Source of the DNA: Isurus oxyrinchus
Lineage: Eukaryota
Length of the DNA stretch: 64,000 bases
Assembly: GCA_026770705.1 (NCBI GenBank)
Contig: JANJGN010000038.1
Coordinates: 7,936,001-8,000,000 of the forward strand
Direction of reading: 5' to 3'
The notes under the pieces are model-generated. The model did no database searches and was not told where the DNA came from. It saw nothing but the letters and a program-made list of their open reading frames with translations. Shown here piece by piece: positions 47,439-60,981 of this stretch; position 1 is the first letter of the stretch, and every line of letters starts with the position of its first letter. A program made the position numbers and the translations under genes.

Positions 47439-50400
47439 ATGTATTTCCGAAACGTACCTTTATATGTCAGCTGTGTTTTGATGAGTCTGGGAGATGCACG
47501 TTTCCCATTACTGATATTGAGGGCATTTTTAATAGTTCAGATGTATAAAATTAACTAAGTTTAAATTCCAAAAATCTTTGTTGAAATTTGACCTCATATA
47601 ATATCTGTTTGTGTTACATAAGGCGGTTTCTTAGTTATTGATGCGCTATATTGTTTATGTTTATATTTCATAGAACTTGTCCCTGTTTTTAATGTACTGG
47701 ACCATGATTAAGTTTATTTTAACCAGGCTCTGTTTCAGTTATTACTGCACTGGAGCAACTTACCATTTAAATTATACCAGGCCCTATCTCTGGTTACATT
47801 ACACTGGACCCTAACTCAGGCACAACCTGGCTGTAGCTCTGCCACAGATTCACAGAATCACAGTGCAGAAGAGGCCCTTCGGCCCATCGAGTCTGCACCG
47901 GCACTTGAGAAACACTTGACCTACCTACCTACCTAATCCTATTTACCAGCACTTGGCCCATAGCCTTGAATGTTATAGCGTCCCAAGTGCTCATCACTAG
48001 CCCAGGGGCCCAGACTCATCTTCTGGGGACATGAATTCAAATCCCACCACAGCAGCTGGTGAAATTTAAATGCGATTGAGACAAGAGCCGTTCGGAAGCT
48101 GGGAATTCTGCAAATACCTGTCCACAAACTACAAGGCACATGTCAGGAGTGTGGTGGAATATTCCCCAATTCTCCGGGCAACAAGGGCAGCAGAAGCACA
48201 GCAACAACAATGGAAAGTCCCTGTTTCTTCCCTATCCTTGGGTCCAAATCATACAACTCCCTTCCTAGAAGCACTGTGGGTGTCCCTACAGCACGTGGAC
48301 TGCAGCAGTACAAGCGGTTTGCTCACTAACACCCTCTCAAGGGCAATTGTGTTTGGCTATTGAATGTTGGTTCAGCTGGAAACGCACAAATCCCATGAAT
48401 GAATAAAAAAACGGAAATGGAACTGGATCGTTACAATTTTCATTGTTATAAACGCATCTGGTTCACTAATGAACATTCGGTGAAGTAAATATGCATCCTT
48501 CCCCAGTCTGGCCTAAATGTGACTCCAGGACCAGAGCACGTGGTTCACTCTTAACTATCCTCCGACTCTGAAAATGTCTAGCCAGATATTCAGTCCCAGG
48601 ACAGCGGAGCATGGGGGGAAATGCTGGCCGTGTCAGAGACGCTCACATCTCCTGGATGAATAGAGAGAAATAAATACCTCAGCCTAGTGAATGATTAAAA
48701 ACAACATTTGTTAAAGTACTCCCTATTGTGTTTCCATGTATATTGTACATAATTATTCCAGGAACTCTGTTTTATAAAGCTTTTGAAGGTCGCAGAGAGG
48801 ATGAAGAGGAGATTGATCCGAATGTTACTAGATCTTGGAGATCTTGAATCGTTTTCCTTAGAATAGAGGGTGTTAAGACGGGCTTTGATCGAGGTATTTA
48901 AGACCATGAAAGGTGCTGATACTTAATGACTGGGTTATGCCTTCCTTTAAATTACACAGGACTCTGTCTCAGATCGCAGTGCAAAAGACCTAGTCTCAAT
49001 TCATGTTTTACACTAGGCCCTGTTGGAGTAAGTAATTGCACTGATGCATACATCCCTTCACATTATACAAGACCATCTCCCTGTTTGTATCATATGAACC
49101 ACCGAAAAGGTTATTTAGCATTAAACTATATATTACGCTAGATGTTGTGTATCTCAGTCTCTCTGTCAACCCATCTAGCTGCGTACCTGTCTGTTTGGCT
49201 GTCATTCTATCTATCTATATTTCGAACCATCCATCCAGCAATTTCAGATCATCTATTATCGTTAACGTTTCTTGATGCTGACTTTTTCGAGTTCTTGTGT
49301 GGAAAATACCTATTTAGATTCCAAAGTGAGTTTAGCTGCGGTCAGAATTCAGTTCGAAAGTGGATTAAATCACATGGAGAATAAAGGACATCTACCATTT
49401 TCTCTGTTTGTTGACAAGTGATCACTTGTGCGTCACTGGAGTGTGTGATGATCTGTGCAAGAGGCGGTGAAAATGCAACTGTACCTATACCTAACGTGAG
49501 CATAATAAATCTGTAACTCTCTCACTTGGAATGGAATGTAACACTTTCCACTCTCAATGAAATTCAATAAAAAAAATTGTTTCTGTTTCCATTGTTTTGT
49601 GCTGCGCGTTAACTTCACTATTTCCTCACCAGTTTCCAATACGTTTGCCATGATATAATTCAATGTTTACTGGCGTGGGTAAAGTGTTAGCTTAACAGAA
49701 ACATGGTATAGGGCAGTAATAACTGAGAAAGGGCCCACTGTAAAATATAAAGAGATATATTTTCCAGTGCAATTTTAACAGAAACAATTATGTAAAACAT
49801 AAATGGAGACAAGTTCCAGTGCAGTAACAACAGAGACAGGATCCAGGGTTATATTAACACATACATGTTCTAGTATGGTAATAACTGAGACGTGGTCGAG
49901 TGCGACATATAGAGACATGGTGTATGGTTCACTAATAACTGAAACAGAGCATTATATAATATATATAGCGAAATGCTCTAATGTAGTAATAACAGATTTG
50001 GGGGCCGGCCTGAAACAGAGGCTTGATTAGCACAGAGTTAATTGTGTCAGAGCCTAGTATAATAAAAATACAAATACCAGATTATGCATCCATAAATTTC
50101 ACAGGTTTCAGCAAAACCAGAACTGTGACTTGAACTCAAAGAGTAATAATTGAGGCAGGATCTGGTGTAATATAAAGGGAACCAATTGCTGGCGAAATAT
50201 TTCTCTTCATCGCCCTTTTACAAATCTGCCAATATATACATTTGTTCTGAAGCTATGATCACTGGATATTGACACAATGAACAGAAGGAACTGATGTTCT
50301 CTGCTAATTCTCTTTCAAACCTCTCATCATCTTGGAAAAAGCGTTTAGGTTTCTGCTTAATCTTCTTTATCACAAGCAGAATGCTGCCAATTTGTCCAAT

Positions 50401-53400
50401 TGATTGTTGTTACTAAAGACCCTGATCCTTGTTAACAAACTCATTACCTTCCTCTGTACACTTTCTGAGACCTCAACGCACTTCATAGGATCTGAAAATC
50501 ATAGCTTTCTGCAGCACAGAAACAGGCCATTGTGCACACCCTAACCATAATGGCCTGAAATGATCTATCAAGTCTAATCCCACTTCCTAGCTTTTGTGCC
50601 AGGGCCCTTGGGGCTACAGTACTTTAAGTGAACATCCAAATATATTTTGACATGTGATGAGGGATTCGGTCTAGAACACCATTTCATGCACTGAGTCCGA
50701 AACACTATTACACACTCCTAAGGATAGACACGGGAGACGCAGAGTAAAGCTACCTCTACATTGGTAAATTCCTGGGTGAGGCAGAGTAAAGGTCTCTCTA
50801 AACTATCCCACCAAACATTCTCAGGACATGTATAGCGCTGGATAGACAAAGGTCCCTCTACATGATTCGATCGAATGCTCCCAAGAATGGTGCAGCAGCA
50901 ACAGATGCAGAAAAAAGATCCCTCTACAATTTCCCATAAACCATTCACTGGAAGACATAGGAATGTTAATTTGCAGAGGAGTGCTCCCTTTAGACTGTCC
51001 CATTAAATACTCCCATGTTGTTAAGTGAACCAGACACATTTTAGAGTTAAGTTCCTTCTGTGAACAGCCATCTATTTCTTTAAAAGTCAATGAATAGGGG
51101 TGAGATTAATCTTTGATAAGATACTGACTTCACGTTATGAGTTACAGACGCTGACACATTAATGAGAGGCCAGACACGCCCGGCATAGGGGAGAAAGGGA
51201 GACAGAGCGGGATAGAATGCAGGAAACTCCGCAAACACATTTTCAATGCTGCTGTATATAGAATCAAAGGACGCTTCGCCAGTTTTGAACACAAAAACAT
51301 CTTTATATTGTTATCCCATAACTTATAGAAATCTTCCAACTATCAATCATTACTGGAATCCTTTGTGTGATTTGCATTTCTCTCTGTTGTTATTTCCATG
51401 CTCTGCTGGTGGGGAAACATCTATTGTATTTCCGACGCTCAATATTCTATTCTGAGGCGTCTATTTCTGTGTTTATTTACATAACCGCCTCACTAGTTTC
51501 AAAGTGGTGTTCATGGCAGCAGAATCAGATCAACAGTCACTTATTGATTATGTTCAGCGCAAAACAAGCTTATTTTAAGAATATTCACAGATGGTATAAG
51601 AATTGAACACAATTTTCAGAAAACCAATTGGTACAGATGTTATTTATTTTAAACAAAAGAAGCCATTAAATTTAAGAAAAAATGTTTCTGGAAATTCTGC
51701 TGCTTAAATCAATTAAGCATTTCTGAGCAGCCTGTTATTCCGCTGAATATCGATTGGTGAAAGGATGAACCCCTTTCACATAAACATGTTTAAATAATGA
51801 ACAGAGAAATGACCGTTAATCACATTCTTCTCAGACTTTCTAACACAGCACCACGTATGTTTTGACATGTTCACTTTTAGTAAAAACTCGGTGTTTATAC
51901 AGCACATTTCACCATCTCAGGAGGTCCAAAATCACATATCTCATTAACCTCATTGATGTACCTTATTTCGAATTACAATCTCTTGTGTCACGTTAGAACT
52001 ACAGGAGGCAATTTGTGCACAGGAAGCTCCCACCAACAGAGATGTAATAAAAGCCTAGATCACCTGTTTATTAGTGATGTTAGTTGCGCATTAGGTATTG
52101 GTCCAGGATACCCCTGCGCTGTAAAATAGTGTCAGCGGAGAATGATGCTGAGTGTTTCCCGATTTTCTGGCCTTACTTTACATTGAGAGCATCCGTAATA
52201 GTTTACAAAGCTTTGACCGTTGTTTTTATTTGTTCTTTTGTTGTGAACGTCGAAAACAAGGCCAGCCTTAACTGTCCTGCAATAAGTACCCTTGAGAAGG
52301 TGGCGGGGAGCCGACACCTTCAACAGCTGCAGTTTGTGCCGTGTGCCTCTTATTTGACTTTCCAAGAAGTGCTTTGACCCAACTAAATGGTCTTCTGGAC
52401 CATTCCAAGGGCCGTTAAGAGTCAACCACGTTGTTGTGGGTCTCCAGCCTCACGTAGGCCAGGCTGGTAAGGGTAAGATTTCCTCCCCGAATGACATTAG
52501 TGAACCAGTTGCAACTTCATGACAATGAGGTTGTTCGATTATTAATGCAATGAGTAATTTTATTCCAGTTTCGGTTTTAGTGAATTAAATGAATGGAAAT
52601 CCCGCCAGCTGCCGTCGTGGCATTTAAATCATGTCTCTGGAGCATTTCTGATCTTCTCTGTATTACCAGCCCAGTTAATTTACCTCGATGCTGCTATTCC
52701 CTTAGACTGAGATGACATTACCATCGCCACATCTGAATGATCACCCACCTGACCATGCTTCAAGCCTGCAGTTGTGGCTCTGAATAAACTCACATGGAAT
52801 CGAAACGTTAACTCTGTTGCTCTCTCCTCAGACCCTGCCAGACCTGCTGAGTCTTTCCAGCACTTTCTGTTTTCAGTTCAGTAGTGGTTACTGTCCATGT
52901 ATTAGAGCCACTAATGCAAGGCACTGGACATGTTGCAGTTGCTATTTTGAAATTATAGCATTTGGTTCTATGTATATAAAGTTCAGGAGCAGGCTCCAGT
53001 CTTACACACATCAATTTAGTTGTAAGGGATCCGTTGCCTTGTAGCCCGGTGTCTTAGCCTGACTCTGTTGTAACAGTGCACTTTATTTCCATTGGCCCCA
53101 TATAACAGTGTCAACGATTGTTAAATGCTCATTTCGAAGTAACAAGACAGAAGATTTCCTGGAACTTAAGTTTGCACTGCCCTTCACTCTCTGCACAACA
53201 AAAAACTGGGATTGCTCTCCTCATCAACGAGAATCTTAGGATAGGTTTATCAGAAATGGTCCAACGTGTGAGGGATGTTTTTCAATATTTAGGGAGAAGC
53301 TGTTCCACTGGCAAATGGATCAGTGATGCTGGGGCTTATGTTAATTCGAAATTAATACACTCATTATATTGCACAGTAAGATGTTTCTAATGATGTAACA

Positions 53401-56400
53401 CTAAACCCTATCTCTCTGTATATTACACTAGGTTATGCATTAATTATAACTGCATTACTCTCTGTCCCTCTCAATATGCCACAAAGCCCTGCATCAATTG
53501 TTTCCACACCAGATTTATCCCTGGTTGACTTACACTCAGTGCTGTGTCAGAGATTATCGCTTTATGCCCCGCTTCAGTTTTATTAAATTGGGCTCAGTAT
53601 CAGTAATCCTGTTCTGTAGCAGTTGATAATTAATCTAGGTCGTTTACCAGTAATCACTACACTAGACCCTGCCGCTGTTTATATGAATACAGACTTTGTA
53701 TCAGTAATCACTGTAGTAAACCCTGCCTAAGTGGATATTATCCATACCTTGTATCAGTAACCACTGAAAGAGACCCTGTCTTAGTTTATATTAATGCAAA
53801 CATTGTATTAGTAATCACTGCAAGAGACCCTGTCTCAGTTGATAGTAATCAATACCTTGTATCAGTAATCCCTGTAAAAACCCTGACACACTTTATATCA
53901 ATATAGACCTTGTATTGGTAATCACTGTAATAGACCCTGTCTCAGTTTATGTTAATCAATAGCATGTATCAGTCATCTCTGTAATAGACCCAGTCTCAGT
54001 TTATATTAATCCATGCCTTGTATCAATAATCACTGCAAAATAACCTTTCTCAGTTTATATAAATACAGATATTGTATTGGTAATTTCTGTAATAGAGGCT
54101 GCCTCAGTTTATAATTACCAATAACCTGTTTCAGTATTCACTGTAATACACACTGTCTCAGTTTATATTAACCCATAACCTGTTTCAGTATTCACTGTAA
54201 TACACACTGTCTCAGTTTATAATAACCCATAACCTGTTTCAGTATTCACTGTAATACACACTGTCTCAGTTTATATTAATCCATAACCTGTTTCAGTATT
54301 CACTGTAATACACACTGTCTCAGTTTATAATAACCCATAACCTGTTTCAGTATTCACTGTAATACACACTGTCTCAGTTTATAATAACCCATAACCTGTT
54401 TCAATATTCACTGTAATACACACTGTCTCAGTTTATAATAACCCATAACCTGTTTCAGTATTCACTGTAATACACACTGTCTCAGTTTATAATAACCCAT
54501 AACCTGTTTCAGTATTCACTGTAATACACACTGTCTCAGTTTATAATAACCCATAACCTGTTTCAGTATTCACTGTAATACACACTGTCTCAGTTTATAA
54601 TAACACATAACCTGTTTCAGTATTCACTGTAATACGCACTGTCTCAGTTTATAATAACCCATAACCTGTTTCAGTATTCACTGTAATACACAGTGTCTCA
54701 GTTTATATTAATCCATGTCTTGTATCAGTAAGCACTGAAAGAGACCCTGTCTCAGATTTTATTAATACAAACCTTGTATTAGTAATCACCATAAGAGACC
54801 CTGCCTCAGTTGATAGTAATCAATAACTTGTATCTGTAACCCCTGTAAAAACCTTGACACAGTTTATATCAATATAGACCTTGTCTTGTTAATCACTGGA
54901 ATAGACCCTGTCTCAGTTAATATCTGCCCAGACCATGTATTGGTTATCATTGTAATAGACCGTGTCTCAGTTTATGTTAATCAATACCATGTATCAGCAA
55001 TCACGGTAATACACCCAGTCGCAGTTTATATTAATCCATGCCTTGAATCAATAATCACTGTGAAATACCCTTTCTCTGTTTATATATTCACCGATATTGT
55101 ATTGGTGAATGCTGTAATAGAGCCTGTCTCAGTTTATATTAACCGATAACCTGTATCAGTATTCACAGTAATACACACTGTCGCTGTTTATATTAATGCA
55201 GATATTGTACTGGTAATCACCTCAATAGGCCTTGTCTCAGTTTTCATTAACCTGGACCCTGTATCAGTAATCTTTGTAATAGACTCTGCATAAGTTTAAA
55301 TTAATTGAGACCATTTATCAGTAATCACTGTAATCGAGCCTGTCTCAGTTTATATTAATCTAGGCCCTGTATCATTACTTAATGTATTTAACCCATTCTC
55401 AGTTTATATTAATGCAGGCTTTATGTCGGTAACCACATTAATTGACCCTTTTTCAGTTTATCTTAATCCATACCATGTATTAGCAATTACTGTACTAGTC
55501 ACTGCCTCAGTTTATATCAATCCAGGACCTATATCAGTAATTATTGTACTAGACCCAGTCTCAGTTTATATTAATCCAGAACTGTATCAGTGATCATTGT
55601 CCTGTACTGAGTTTCAGATTATATCAATACAGACCCTGTGTCAGTAGTCGCTGTAAAACATGCTGTCTCAGTTTACACCAGTCCAGACCTTATATCACTA
55701 ACACTGTAACAGAACCTGTCTCAGTTTATATTAATCTAGACCCTGTATCAGTAACCACTGTAATAGACCGTGCATCAGTTGATATTATCCATATGTTGCA
55801 TCAGTAACCACTAAAAGAGACATTGGCTCACTTGATATTAATCCATATATTGTATCAGCAATCACTGAAAGAGATTCTGCCTCTCCTTATATTAACACAG
55901 ACCTTGTATCAGTGTTCAATGTAATGGACCCTGTCTCAGTGTATATTAACCTAGGCCCTGCATCAGAAATTACTGTACTACACAGAGTATCATATTATAT
56001 CAATTCAGACCCTGTATTAGTAGTCGCAGTAATACACCCTGTTTCAATTTACACCAGCCCAGACCTTGTATCAGTAAACACTGTAATAGACTCTGTCTCA
56101 TATTATATTAACCCACGCCTTGTATCAGTAATCACTGTAATGGATCCTGCCTCAGTTGATATTAATCCATGCCTTGTATCAGTAACCACTGAAAGAGACC
56201 CTGCCTCAGTATATACTAATACAGGCCATGTATAGTAATCACTGAAATAGACCCATTGTACATCTATAGTAATCCATACATTGTAACAGTAATCATTGAA
56301 ATAGGCCTTCCCTCATTTTATATTAATCTAGGCCCCGCATTAGTAATTACTGTAATAGATCCTACCTCAGTTGATGTTAATCCATGCCTTGTATCAGTCA

Positions 56401-59400
56401 CCACTAAAAGAGACCCTATCACCATTTATATTAATGCAGACATTATATCATTAGTCACTGTATAAGACCCTCTTTAGGTTTATTTCAATCCATACATTGT
56501 AACAGTATTCACTGTAACTGTCGCTGTTGATATTAATCAATGCATTGTATCAGTGACCACTGAAGTAGACTGTGGCTCAGTTTATATCAATACAGGCCTT
56601 GTGTTGGTAATCACTGTAATAGATCATGTCTCTGCTAATCTTAATTCACACCATGTATCAGTTATCATTGTAATTGACTCTGTCTCAGTACATATTATCC
56701 CCATACCCTGCATTCGTAATCACTGCAATAGACCCTGTCTTAGTTGATATGAAACAATAACTTGTATCAGTAGTTACTGTAATAAACCCTGCCTCAGTTT
56801 ATGTAAATTGATACCCTGTATCAATGATCACTGTAATAGGCCCTGCCTCAGTTCAAATTAATCCATACCTTGTATCAGCAAACCCTGTCTCACTTTACAT
56901 TAACACAGACCTTGTCTCAGTAATCAGTGTAAAAGACCCTGACTCAGTTTATATCAATCCATACATTGTTATAGTAATCGCTAGAACAGACCCTGTCTGT
57001 GTTGTTATTAATTAATACCTTGAATCATTGATCACTGAAGTAGACCCCGACTCAGTTTATATCAATACTGACCTTGTCTCGGTAATGACTGGAATAGACC
57101 CTATCACAGTTTATATCAATCCAGGTCTTGTATTGGTGATCACTGTAATAGACCCTGTCTCAGTTTCTTATAATCCATACCATGTATCAATAATAAATCT
57201 AACAGTCCTTGTCTCACTTTATTTTAATCCATACCTTGTATCAGTAATCACTGTAATGGACCATTTCATTTTATATTAATACAGGCCTTGTATCATTAAT
57301 GACTATAAAAGACCTTATTTCAGTTTATATCAATCCAAATATTTTAACAATAACCACTGTAACAGACCCTGTCTCAGTGATATTAATCAATACCTTGTAT
57401 CAGTAATCACTGAAGTAGATGCTGACTAAATCTATATTAGCACAGATCTAGTCTCGATAATGACGGGAATAGACTCTGTCTCAATTTATATCAATCCAGA
57501 CCTTGTATCATTAATCACTGAAAGAGACATGGTCTCTATTTACCTGAATCTAGTCCATGTATCAGTAAGAACTGTAACAGATACTGTCCCAGTTTATTTT
57601 AATCCATACCTTGGATCAGTAACCGTTTATATTAATACTGAACTTGTCTCATTAATCACTGTAAAAGGCCCTGTCTCGGTTTAAATCAATCCATGCATTG
57701 CAACATTAATCATTGCAACAGACCCTGTCTCCGTTGAAATTAATTGATATCTTGTATCAGTAATCACTGAAGTAGGCCCTGACTCAGTTTAGATCCATCA
57801 AAGCCTTCTCTTGGCAACCACTGTAATAGAGCCTGCCTCTGTTTTAATTAATCCAGACTCTGTATCTGTAAGCATTGTAAGAGACCCTGTCTCAGTTTAT
57901 TTCAATTCATACCATATAACAGTAATCACTGTAGTAGGCCTTGTCTCATTTTATATTAATACAGACCCTGTATCAGGAATCACTGTAATAGCCTCTATCT
58001 CAGTTGATATGAATCCATATCTTGTATCAGTGTAAACACTGTAATAGACCCTGTCTCAGATTATATTAATAGAGACATTGTATCAGTAATCAGTGTAATA
58101 GACCCTGTCTCAGTTCATATAATTACGGACATTGCTTTGGTAATTACTGTAATAGTACCTGTCTCAGTTTATATTAATCAATAAGTTGTATTATTACTCA
58201 CTGAAATAGACGCTGTCCTGAGTCCATATTAATGTAGATCCTATATCAATAATCATTCTGATTGACACTGTCTCCATATATATTAATCTAGACCCTGTAT
58301 CAGTAATCACTGTAATAGACCCTGTCTCAGTTCATATTGATACCGACTGTGAATTAGTAATTAGTCTAATAAATGCTGACTCAGTTTATATTAATCTAGA
58401 CCCTGTTTGAATAATCGTTGTAATAGACCCTGTTTCAATTTATATTAATCTAGACCCTGTATTAGTAATCACTGTAATAGACCCGATCTCAGTTGATATT
58501 AATCCATGCCTTGCATCGGTAATCACTGTATTAGGCCTTCTCTCAGTTTATATTAATCTTGATCCTGTGTCACTAATCATTGTAATAGGCCCTGTCTCAG
58601 TTGATATTAATCAAAACCTTGAATCAGTAATCACTGATGCTGACCCTGACTTAGTTTATATCAATACTGGTCTTCTATTGGTTATCACAGTAATATACCT
58701 TGTCTCAGTTTATATTAATTCAGATCTCGTATTGGTAATTATTCTAATGGACCCTGCCTTAGTTTATATTAATCTAGACCCTGTATCAGAAATCAATGTA
58801 ACAGACCCTGTCTGAGTTTATTTTAATCCATACCATATATCATTAATCATTGTAATAGGCCTTGTCTCAGTTTATATTAATCCATAACTTGTATCAGTAA
58901 TCACTGTAATGGACCCTGTCTCAATTTATATTAAGCCAGACGCTGTATCAGTAATCACTTTAACTGACCCTCTATCAATTGATGTGAATCCATATCTTTC
59001 ATCAATATGCTCTGTAATAGGCACTGTCTCAGTTTATATTAACGCAGACATCGCATTGGTAATTACCATAATAAATCATGTCTTAGTTTATGTGAATCTA
59101 AAAACTTGTATCTGTAGTCACTATAACAAGCTCTGTCTCAGTGATATTAATCCATACCTTATATCAGTAATCGCTAATTAAGACAGGCATTCTATTGGTA
59201 ATTACTGCAATAGGCCCTGTCCTTATTCTGTATTCATCTAGCTTCTGTATCAATAATCATTGTGATTGACCCTGTCTCCATTTACACTAATCTAGACTGT
59301 GTTTAATAAGCACTGTAATAGACCCTGCCTCAGTTGTTATTAATCCATACCTTGTATCAATAACAACTGTTAGATACGCTCTCTCAATTTATAGTAAAAC

Positions 59401-60738
59401 AGGCATAGTTTTTTGTAATTAATGTAATACACCCTTTCTCAGTGGATATTAAGCCATTACTTGTATCACTAATTACTGCAATAAACTCTGTTCATCAACT
59501 TATTAATCCATACCCTTCATCAGGAATGACTGTAATACGCCCTGTCTCAGATTATGTAAGTCCATTACTTGTAATAGTAATTACTCCAATAGACCTTGAC
59601 ACAGTTTATATTCATCTAGACCCTGTATCAGTCATCACTGAAATTGACCCTGACTCAGTTGATGTTAATCAACACCTTGTATCAGTAACCACTGTAATAG
59701 ACCATGCCTTGGTTTATATTAATGCAGACCTTGTCTCAGTAATAAAAATAAAAGTCCCTGTCTCAGTTGATATTAATCAATACCTTGTATCCGTAATCAC
59801 TGAAGTAGACTCTGAATGAATTTATATCAATCCAACCTTGTATTGGTAATCACTATAATAGTCAATGTCTCTGTTTATATTAATCTAGACCCTGTATTGG
59901 TAGTCATTGTAACAGGCCCTTTCAAGTTATGTTAATCAGTACCATATATCAGTAATCAAAGTAAAAGACCTTGTCTCAGTTTATACTAATCCAGACACTG
60001 TATCAGTAATCACTGTGATAAACCCTATCTCAGTTGATACAAATCCATGCCTTTTATCTGTAATCATTGTAATAGACCCTGTCTCAGTTTAAATTAATCC
60101 ATAATTTGTATCAGTAATCACTGTAACAGACCTTGTCTCAGTTTATATTAGTACATACCTTGTTTCAGTAATCACTGTGATAGACCATGTTTCGGTTTAT
60201 ATTAACATATACATTGTATTGGCAATTACTGTAATAGACCCAGTGCTAAGTCTATATTAATGCAGATCTTGTATCAATAATCACTGTGATTGACCCTGTC
60301 TCCATTTATAATAATCTAGACTCTGTATTGGTAATCACTGTAATAGACCCTGATATAAACCCTGCTTCAAGTTATATTACTCTAGACCATGTATCAGTAA
60401 TTACCATAATAGACCCTGTCATAATTGCTATTCATCAATACTTTGTATCAGTAATCACTGAAGTAGACAATGACTATGTTTGTATCCATCCAAGCCTTGT
60501 ATTGGCAATCATTGTAATAGACTTTGTCTCACTTTATATTAATCCATACCCTGTATCAGTAATCACTGGAAGAGACCCTGTCTCAGTTTATATTAATCTA
60601 GACCATTTATCATTAATAAATGTAACAGACCCTGTCTCAGTTAATTGTAATCGGTACCGTGTATCAGTAATCACTCGAATATACCCTGTCCAAGTTTATA
60701 TTAACCCAGACATTGCATCAGTGATCACTGTAATAGAT

Positions 60739-60981
60739 AAAAACAAAAAAAACTGCGGATGCTGGAAATCCAAACCAAAAACAGAATTACCTGGAAAAAC
60801 TCAGCAGGTCTGGCAGCATCGGCGGAGAAGAAAAGAGTTGATGATTCGAGTCCTCATGACCCTTCGACAGAACTTCAAGTTCTGTCGAAGGGTCATGAGG
60901 ACTCGAAACGTCAACTCTTTTCTTCTCCGCCGATGCTGCCAGACCTGCTGAGTTTTTCCAGGTAATTCTGTTTTTGTTTTG
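60739..60981. mobile_element. Palindromic Penelope-end insertion with 16-bp TSD
   Basis: TSD GATCACTGTAATAGAT at 60723-60738 and 60982-60997; 108-bp inverted arms around 60876. Confidence 0.9.
60878..60916 (+). ncRNA. Minimal type I hammerhead-ribozyme-like motif
   Basis: AGUU-CUGUCGA-A-GGGUC-AUGAG-GACUC-GAAAC-GUC-AACU: stem I, variant core, stem II, GAAA and GUC site. Confidence 0.5.
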
